A DNA stretch of 40,952 nucleotides from the IMG/VR virus record IMGVR_UViG_3300030397_000826, positions 1-40,952 of that record. One strand, written 5' to 3'. This document shows positions 34,749-40,952 of this stretch, piece after piece (position 1 is the stretch's first letter; each line of letters begins with the position of its first letter). Under the pieces are notes generated by a model. It worked only from the letters and a program-made list of their open reading frames with translations, did no database searches and was not told the DNA's origin. This DNA is from a virus. Its lineage: Duplodnaviria; Caudoviricetes. The position numbers and the translations under genes were made by a program.

Positions 34749-35138
34749 ATGGCATTTTTAACGAAGCGATCAGGAACCGAAGGCCCTCGCCACGATCCTT
34801 ACCACTACGACGAGTTCATTGTCACCAAACGTGGCAGGACCGCGATTTTGCATCTTGGTCTCACAGCCTGGCTTTCTATCGACGGTCAGCGATGGAACTG
34901 GATTAAGGGCTCAACTGCTGAGTCGAATTCGATTAAGCACTTCGAGCACTTTTGCGGGTGCTCGTTGGAAGCGGTCGAGAAGGCCTGGGATCGGCTGACT
35001 GATCCACCGAAATGCCCTTCCTGCGGGCTCGGTCGAAATCATCGGGTGAGCTGCGGAGGCTTTCCTGGCGAGGAACTGGTTCAATGCACATGCGGAGCGA
35101 TCGTGAGCAGTTTCTGCGATCGCTCAGCGATAGAGTAG
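34749..35138 (+). CDS. Hypothetical protein with C-terminal zinc ribbon
   Basis: AAAGGT RBS; CPSCG...CTCG. Confidence 0.7.
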   Translation: MAFLTKRSGTEGPRHDPYHYDEFIVTKRGRTAILHLGLTAWLSIDGQRWNWIKGSTAESNSIKHFEHFCGCSLEAVEKAWDRLTDPPKCPSCGLGRNHRVSCGGFPGEELVQCTCGAIVSSFCDRSAIE

Positions 35139-35139
35139 T

Positions 35140-35433
35140 TCACTCCTCCTGATCCGGTTTCTCAACGTGATCGAGGGCTCGCTCTCGCATCGTCCGACCG
35201 ACCGGCTTTTCGCTGACCGACCAGGTGTGCATGCAGAAGTGGCAGCGGATGTACCTGACCAACCCGCGTTTGGCATACACCCGCGAGTAGTTCTTGGGCT
35301 CTTTGGTTCCTTCCTTCTTGCAACGATCTTCGTGACATCGTGAGCAGGGAGGAGCCACGAAGTTACTGGCCCTGGGTTCAGGGTTCTCGGCTGGTCGTCG
35401 CACATCTTTGGGAGCTGCTTTTTGCTTGGTCAT
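35140..35433 (-). CDS. Ogr/Delta-like C4 zinc-finger protein
   Basis: CSRC...SRVY...VRYIRCHFCMHTW; ATG 35433 overlaps the terL stop. Confidence 0.65.
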   Translation of the reverse strand: MTKQKAAPKDVRRPAENPEPRASNFVAPPCSRCHEDRCKKEGTKEPKNYSRVYAKRGLVRYIRCHFCMHTWSVSEKPVGRTMRERALDHVEKPDQEE

Positions 35434-37667
35434 CTTCGTCTCCTGGAACCTTGGACCCATCCTCCGGGTCGCTGGATTAAGCGGTCCTGAGTCCGCGATC
35501 GAGTTGGTTTCTTCGGCTGAGCGGTCTGCTCCACGGTCTCAGGTACCTCGAGGCTGGTCCGCTTGATCAGCCGCACTCCGATCACTCCCGCAGCTGCACA
35601 GGCGAGAGCCAATGCGTCCAGGAAGTGGTTGTTCGTATGGTGCTCCACCCAGTTGGTCTTCGACTTCTTTCCAGGAGTGAAGACCGTCTCGCGACCCTCG
35701 GCCACAATGTGGTTCGAAAATCTCAGATGCCTCTTCGGATTATCCGGATCCGAAAATAGCGAAATGGCTCCGTCATTGAACTCGTTGTAGTCGTTCAACG
35801 TGGGGGTGATGAATCGCTCCTGCAGCCAATGCTTCCACCACTCCGTATGCACGTTGTAAAGCCAAAGTTTATCGTTCTCCTGCCAGCTTGCGTAGCACTC
35901 CAAGTACGGTTTTCGGTTTTCGCTCTCCTCACCAACGTTAAATCGCCCAGTGTCCCAGCCTTTCGCAGCAGCGAAGGGAGTCCCCCCAGCCTGACGGATC
36001 GCCTCGTAGACCGCATCCTTGTAGTCCCCTGAGTCAGTGAGCCCAAACTCGGGTTCGTGCTCAGCGATGATGTGGTTCCTCCAGGCCACGAAGGTCTGAA
36101 CCAAAGCGATTTGCACATCGGCCGGAGCGGTTTTAACGTCCAGATTCCCGATCGTTTCGAAGCGACCGTAGTCGATGATGTTGCCGATTGCGTTCCCATG
36201 CCAAGCGACCTTGACCCAATGCAACAAGTACTTCCCGACATCGCATCCGTAGGTGATTTGAACGTCCTTGTTTGGGGGGAGCTCGTTTTGCCTGAGCCCA
36301 GACAGGCGTTTGGCGACCGTACCAGCGACCAGCCCGAGCGACTCGTCAAAGTCGTCCTTGTCCGGGTTGTTCTGGTACTCAGCCATCACTCGGGGCAGGC
36401 CCAGGTCTGCGATCTTGTTGAAGAAGGCCTGCAGCGCCGTTTTCTCTGCTGGGTTCCCGTGATCAAAGCGATGGGGGTTGGTCAGTTTAGCCCCTTCGTG
36501 CATTTCGTCGTGGTGGGTCTCGTAGTAAGCGACCGCTGGCCAGCCATCCTTGTCCCCTTCCGCCTGAGCCCGCTGCCTCAGTGCGATATAGTTCTCCCAG
36601 TGGTTCTCGCGCTTATCATCGGTCCAGCAGGTCGGCCACTTCTTCAGGATTCCATACCGATCACCAGCAAACGTTGGTCGCCCTCCTTCCTTCACATCCC
36701 GGGATGTCACTCGGTAGCTGTAGGACTTGCGGGATTGGATGGTGGTCACGATCACTCGAGGGAGGCTCCCGGTAGGGCCCGCAAGACCAGCCACGTCTCC
36801 ATCGATCGCCTCTTCGATCTTTTTGTTCTTATCCCTGTCCCTGGCGACGAACTTGTCCTCGGGATCGTCGATCACTGCGAAGTCTGACCGCTCACCACGA
36901 ATCGCTGCGTCGAATCCGTAGTATGTGAAAGAGCAGCCCCCATAGGGAGAGCCTGGGACATGGGGAAACCGCAGTTCCTTCAGGGTCCATGTGATGTTGG
37001 TCTTGTGACCGTCGACGTGCTGCTTGGCTCCCCTTCCAGAGGCTCCGTCGAGATCCTGGACCGGAGCCGAAATCTCAGGGAAGTCCGCGCCCAGTGGCCC
37101 GTCCTCCCACTCAAACGCGAATTTGACCTCTGAGAAGATCTTTTTGAAGGCCAGCCCTCGTGTTCGGGCGATCGCCACAGGGTGCCTTCGCAACTGCTTC
37201 ATCAGAATGTAAATGATCATCCAGACGATGATCGTGGTTTTGCCCTCACCTCGAGGGGCAGCCAGAGCCTTGTCACCTCCGGTCTCCGCGCGGTCGTGCA
37301 GTTCCTGGATCAGCTTTTTATGATGGACCGCAAATGGCATGTAGAACGCGTGTTTTCGCTCTGACGTGTATCCGTAGGTCCTCAGAAACCGCTCCGGGTC
37401 GTCGAGGCACCTTTCCCTTCGCTTGATGTCGGCCGGCTCAGGGATGAAGACCTCGGCAGCCTGGGACCGCTTTTGACGTTTCCGAGCCATGTCGCGAGAA
37501 TGCTCGTCGTCAATTACCGCTGCTCTTGACGGATCCTGTAACAGCACCAGCAATCGAACCTGATCCTCCTCGGAGAGCCTCTTCAAGAGGTCCAGTAATT
37601 CCCAGTTCTCGAGCGAGCATAGCGACTCGATCTGCTGGGGGCTCAAGTTCTCGAGGACGATGGTCAT
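35430..37667 (-). CDS. terL: Terminase large subunit (GpA-like nuclease domain)
   Basis: Walker A APRGEGKTT, Walker B AVIDD, EYQNNP, nuclease YGCDVG, TDSG, NHFLDAL. Start uncertain (37667 or about 37490). Confidence 0.92.
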   Translation of the reverse strand: MTIVLENLSPQQIESLCSLENWELLDLLKRLSEEDQVRLLVLLQDPSRAAVIDDEHSRDMARKRQKRSQAAEVFIPEPADIKRRERCLDDPERFLRTYGYTSERKHAFYMPFAVHHKKLIQELHDRAETGGDKALAAPRGEGKTTIIVWMIIYILMKQLRRHPVAIARTRGLAFKKIFSEVKFAFEWEDGPLGADFPEISAPVQDLDGASGRGAKQHVDGHKTNITWTLKELRFPHVPGSPYGGCSFTYYGFDAAIRGERSDFAVIDDPEDKFVARDRDKNKKIEEAIDGDVAGLAGPTGSLPRVIVTTIQSRKSYSYRVTSRDVKEGGRPTFAGDRYGILKKWPTCWTDDKRENHWENYIALRQRAQAEGDKDGWPAVAYYETHHDEMHEGAKLTNPHRFDHGNPAEKTALQAFFNKIADLGLPRVMAEYQNNPDKDDFDESLGLVAGTVAKRLSGLRQNELPPNKDVQITYGCDVGKYLLHWVKVAWHGNAIGNIIDYGRFETIGNLDVKTAPADVQIALVQTFVAWRNHIIAEHEPEFGLTDSGDYKDAVYEAIRQAGGTPFAAAKGWDTGRFNVGEESENRKPYLECYASWQENDKLWLYNVHTEWWKHWLQERFITPTLNDYNEFNDGAISLFSDPDNPKRHLRFSNHIVAEGRETVFTPGKKSKTNWVEHHTNNHFLDALALACAAAGVIGVRLIKRTSLEVPETVEQTAQPKKPTRSRTQDRLIQRPGGWVQGSRRRR

Positions 37668-37863
37668 CTTGCTGGTTTTGCGCCTCCGCTGACAGGAGCC
37701 CTTTGCACGCTGAGATTTTCTCGCGGATGGATGCTTTCTCGTCAACCAAGACCATCAGCAAAGTGTTGATCACCGCGGTCCTCTGGTCCTCCGTCAGAGG
37801 CCATCGCTGAGCGATCGCTCGCGCCATCAGACGGGTGTCTTTGATTCCCTCGTGCTCAAACAC
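37510..37863 (-). CDS. Putative terminase small subunit
   Basis: Helical protein directly upstream of and overlapping terL. Confidence 0.55.
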   Translation of the reverse strand: MFEHEGIKDTRLMARAIAQRWPLTEDQRTAVINTLLMVLVDEKASIREKISACKGLLSAEAQNQQDDHRPRELEPPADRVAMLARELGITGPLEEALRGGSGSIAGAVTGSVKSSGN

Positions 37864-37875
37864 TTGATTAGCCTA

Positions 37876-38148
37876 TCAATCGCCACAGCCACCTTCCGAG
37901 TCGCACCCTCCAACGAAGAGGCTTAATCTCGCAAGCTTCGTCCACAAGGTCTTTCGCAGCCACTTTGCAAGCCGAACTCGTAGTCCAGGCCTGCGGTATT
38001 TCCGATGGGCTGGGTAACGGGGATCAGGAGCAGGTTGACCAATGCATCGCGCGCGGACCCAACGTGGTTCATCTCGCCAGCCATCGGATGATGCATCGAC
38101 TTCGTCTCCTTCCTGGATTATCTCCCCAAACCGAAGGTGTCTGTACAT
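37876..38148 (-). CDS. Hypothetical protein
   Basis: YRHLRFGEIIQEGDEV...W...CIG; GGAG RBS before ATG 38148 (alternative start 38184). Confidence 0.6.
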   Translation of the reverse strand: MYRHLRFGEIIQEGDEVDASSDGWRDEPRWVRARCIGQPAPDPRYPAHRKYRRPGLRVRLAKWLRKTLWTKLARLSLFVGGCDSEGGCGD

Positions 38149-38165
38149 CGGCCATCTCCAAATTT

Positions 38166-38728
38166 TCAGCCATTCGTCAAACATCGAACTTCACACCCTC
38201 CTGCGTCAATCATCCTTTGAAGGATAATCGCCACGTACTCAGGATTCAATTCCAGCCCGAGGCATTTCCGGCCGAGCTGCTCCGCTGCGAGCATCGTGGT
38301 ACCTGACCCCAGGAAGGGATCGTACACGTCGTCCTCAGCCCCTCCGTGGTGCCGAATCGGTCTCCCCATGCACTCGATCGGTTTCTGAGTCCCGTGGATG
38401 GTTTTACCATCGTCGACCTTTCCCTGCGTCCGATGCATGTTCGGAATGTCCCAGACCGTCGACTGCTTTCGGTCCCCAGCCCACTTCGCGGTCCCTCTCG
38501 CGGCATACCAACAGTTATGAGTGATGATGCCATTCGCAATGTAGTGCTGGTCCTTGGCAACATCGAGAGAGTACACCATCCCTTGAAACTGGTTGATTGC
38601 CACTGCTCGAACAGGGGCCCATTCAAATGTTTCTCCTCCGGTCGGGCAGGAATCACATTGCAACTTCTTACAATCGTTGTCCTTGTTCGACTAAAAAGCC
38701 TTTGCTCCGATTGGTCAATCAATGGGTA
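38166..38728 (-). pseudogene. C-terminal half of an N4/N6 (beta-class) DNA methyltransferase preceded by an intein C-terminal remnant
   Basis: VYSLDVAKDQHYIANGIITHN/CWYA (intein blocks F/G, Cys+1), then STVWDI, HGTQKP, VYDPFLGSGTT, GLELNPEY. The DPPY half and intein block A are absent; frameshift near 38645. Confidence 0.8.
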
Positions 38729-39195
38729 CCAACCAGCACCACAGGCTCAGGATGAAGCGAAACCTCGACCTTCAGGTCCGCGAGCATCTTGTTGATCCCT
38801 GGCGACTGAGCATTTACCTGGCTCAGAAGCAGATCCAGCTTGCCAGGGTCCACAATGGCCATTTCGGTGATGCGATCAAAAATGGCGAGAACCGAGGCCT
38901 CTTCCGCAAGGGACATTTCCACGTACTCGACGTCCAAAACTACGTGGGAGAAGTCTTCGTTCGCTGCTTCCAGACGATCGATTTCGTCCAATGCCTCTTT
39001 GACCCTGGCCTCGCCATTGATCAGGTTCCCGGTCGTTCGGTTGATCGTGACCGAGTCGAAGATCCCGAACTCATCCAGTGATTCGTGAAGGACGTCTCGC
39101 TGAGCCTGAGGATGCCCACGATGATTGAGCGGGTTGAGATTGATCGACCGCGGATCAGCCTTCCCGTGGTCGACGATGCGGGATCGCCATTTCAT
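38719..39195 (-). CDS. ParB/Srx-like N-terminal domain protein (probably the former N-terminus of the MTase)
   Basis: NPLNHRGHP..QR..L.ESLDEFG....VTINRTTGNLINGEARV; the usual DGHxR motif is degenerate. Confidence 0.75.
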   Translation of the reverse strand: MKWRSRIVDHGKADPRSINLNPLNHRGHPQAQRDVLHESLDEFGIFDSVTINRTTGNLINGEARVKEALDEIDRLEAANEDFSHVVLDVEYVEMSLAEEASVLAIFDRITEMAIVDPGKLDLLLSQVNAQSPGINKMLADLKVEVSLHPEPVVLVGTH

Positions 39196-39204
39196 TTGGG
39201 GAGC

Positions 39205-39390
39205 TCACCTCCAGACTCGATCGGGTTCCACAGCCTGTGCAAAGTGTAGAATCTGAGGAGTGAATAGGTCCACGGACGTGATCTGGATCCTAACGTGATC
39301 ATCGCGATCGTGCTGCTCTTGATCCCGCTGAGCATGCATCCACTCGATCACGTTACAGTCGGGAGGTGGGAATTGCGACTCGGCCATCAT
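39205..39390 (-). CDS. Hypothetical protein (61 aa)
   Basis: GGGAG RBS; overlaps the upstream stop. Confidence 0.45.
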   Translation of the reverse strand: MMAESQFPPPDCNVIEWMHAQRDQEQHDRDDHVRIQITSVDLFTPQILHFAQAVEPDRVWR

Positions 39391-40061
39391 CAGCTCCCTG
39401 GGAACTCAGCGACCGTAACATCGCCTCCGTATCGTTCCTCGAAATGAGCGATGCAAAACAGCCGGAAGTTGCCGAAGTTATCAGACACCAAGAACACACC
39501 AGGTTCGCTGCAGGAACCCTCCGAGTGATTGCCGAACCACTTGTGAGCGCGCACGCAGTGGAGCTTCCGGGTGTCGTCCCGCTCACAGGTGTATCGCAGG
39601 TCGAGGTCGTTGGGACCAGGCTCGTCGAACAGTTTCTGGGCCAGAGCCCTTTGCTGGTTCTTAATCGCGTTCTCGTGCCCAAATCGGTACTCAGCCTCAA
39701 GGCTGGATCGCAGCTCGTTCAGATCCCGCTCGAGCCCACCGTTGAAATGCCAGGCGATGGAGCTGATCGCTGCCTCGGTAACGTCCCTCAGGAACTCGTC
39801 GATACCGCTGTGGTCCCGACCGTAGACCTTCCTCGGAGGTACATGGTGCCTGCACATCGAGTCGAGTCGGTCGTCGTCGATGTCAGGGAACCGAGCCCTG
39901 ATCCGAGCCCGAAACCTGAGGACTGCTGGGTGATTCCAGTATTTGGGCTCACGGAGATGCCGAGCCTGACTCGAGGCGATCGGCCAGCCTCCGCGACCTC
40001 TGGAACTAACGAAGGGGTCGCCTGGACTTCCCGGTCGGTGGCAGAGTGGATAAGTCATCAA
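39390..40061 (-). CDS. Hypothetical protein with C-terminal Cys/His cluster
   Basis: 223-aa ORF; C..C..C..H residues in the last 60 aa. Confidence 0.6.
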   Translation of the reverse strand: MMTYPLCHRPGSPGDPFVSSRGRGGWPIASSQARHLREPKYWNHPAVLRFRARIRARFPDIDDDRLDSMCRHHVPPRKVYGRDHSGIDEFLRDVTEAAISSIAWHFNGGLERDLNELRSSLEAEYRFGHENAIKNQQRALAQKLFDEPGPNDLDLRYTCERDDTRKLHCVRAHKWFGNHSEGSCSEPGVFLVSDNFGNFRLFCIAHFEERYGGDVTVAEFPGS

Positions 40062-40123
40062 AAACGTCTCTCACTAACATGGAATCGGTATGTTAGCAGA
40101 CCGGCTGTTTTCCTTGGATTCCG

Positions 40124-40342
40124 TTAGTGCCCAGGTTTCACAGCAGCTCTGACAGCAGCATCTTTCGCTTCGATCAACCTTCGCAGGGCCAGGCTCCGTT
40201 GAGGACCTCGCGGGATCGTCTCAAAGACGTGCTTGGCGAGTTCGCAGAATGGCTTCGACACCTCCTGTAGGCTCTCTGGCAGATGCTCAAACGCAAAGAA
40301 GATCATGGTCGTTTCGATCTTGGCCATTTCTTCAATCGTCAT
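40124..40342 (-). CDS. Small helical-hairpin phage protein, Acb2/Tad1-like candidate
   Basis: FAFEHLP..LQEVSKPFCELA.....IPRGPQRSLALRRLIEAKDAAVRAAV; start ATG 40342. Confidence 0.6.
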   Translation of the reverse strand: MTIEEMAKIETTMIFFAFEHLPESLQEVSKPFCELAKHVFETIPRGPQRSLALRRLIEAKDAAVRAAVKPGH

Positions 40343-40581
40343 CAGATCAGCCCCACAATCAGGCCCCAAATAAAAAACCCACTCGCAGTCAGCATAGCAA
40401 GTCCGATCAGCACGAACAGTACCGCTGAGGCCAATCTGGCGAACCGAGCTGAATCGCGGGTGTTGCAGGCGATTTCCTCGAGTAGCCCAATCACCTGATC
40501 ATCCTCGCGGAAGTACTCGACGCGCCTCCCTCGTATTTCATAGGCAGCGACTTGCGGTTTATCCTGCAGCGACTTGTTCAT
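40342..40581 (-). CDS. Small membrane protein
   Basis: C-terminal hydrophobic LASAVLFVLIGLAMLTASGFFIWGLIVGLI. Confidence 0.6.
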   Translation of the reverse strand: MNKSLQDKPQVAAYEIRGRRVEYFREDDQVIGLLEEIACNTRDSARFARLASAVLFVLIGLAMLTASGFFIWGLIVGLI

Positions 40582-40590
40582 CTGACCTTG

Positions 40591-40782
40591 CTATTTCGCT
40601 TTCTTTTTGCTGGCCTTCTTCTTCGTGGCTGACTTGTCGGTCAGGGCCTTTGCGATCAGCTGGATCGCCTCAGCAGGCCAATGCCCCTCCCCGACCTGTA
40701 GCCGAAGCCCATCCAGAGTGAATCGCTTGACCCCGCGAGATTCAGAGGTCGTGATCGTGCTCCCGTTTTCAATTTCCAACAT
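40591..40782 (-). CDS. Hypothetical protein with Lys-rich tail
   Basis: GGGAG RBS; ends TKKKASKKKAK. Confidence 0.6.
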   Translation of the reverse strand: MLEIENGSTITTSESRGVKRFTLDGLRLQVGEGHWPAEAIQLIAKALTDKSATKKKASKKKAK

Positions 40783-40952
40783 CGGTTTCTCCCGGTTTGG
40801 CGGGCTCGACTCGAAACCGCCAGGTGACAGCCCATCGGTCGGGATGGCTCGGCCTTCTCAGAAACCTCCAGAGTGAACTGTAAATCGGCCTCACGACCGG
40901 CTTCAGAATCTTAACTCGGTTTGGCTCGAATCCCAGCATTGCTTCCCCCAAT

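Larger units (their letters stand above)
1..40952. mobile_element. Tailed phage/prophage genome segment (lambda-type head module, non-contractile tail)
   Basis: Terminase, portal, protease-capsid, tail tube, frameshifted chaperone, tape measure, replication and recombination genes in phage-like order. No integrase and no clear host housekeeping genes are visible. Confidence 0.95.

Overview
The window is most of a GC-rich tailed-phage (siphovirus-like) genome, encoded almost entirely on the minus strand. In transcription order (high to low coordinates) it carries: small early ORFs; a ParB-domain gene and a broken DNA methyltransferase with an intein remnant; TerS/TerL; a three-gene plus-strand island; gpW, a lambda-type portal and a protease-capsid fusion; head-tail connectors; tail tube; a chaperone with a -1 frameshift; a short tape measure and tail-tip genes. 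A DNA/RNA-metabolism block follows (split MYG1-like nuclease, two csrA-like genes, DUF5131 with an internal TAG, RecE-like nuclease, Dam-like and other MTases, RusA, DUF1376/DUF6475 replication pair). Last come an atypical lysis/egress block (MMP-like metalloprotease, membrane proteins, exported beta-helix and SGNH proteins), a fibre-like gene and a structured-RNA cluster. A Planctomycetota/PVC host is an inference from gene content only. The most striking observation is a circularly permuted tRNA-Ile(GAU) gene at 909-996 (-). Its 3' half precedes its 5' half, the halves rebuild a fully paired cloverleaf, and the outer flanks are complementary to each other. A second, anticodon-less tRNA-like fold lies immediately downstream. 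All family assignments come from motif recognition by eye; no searches were run.
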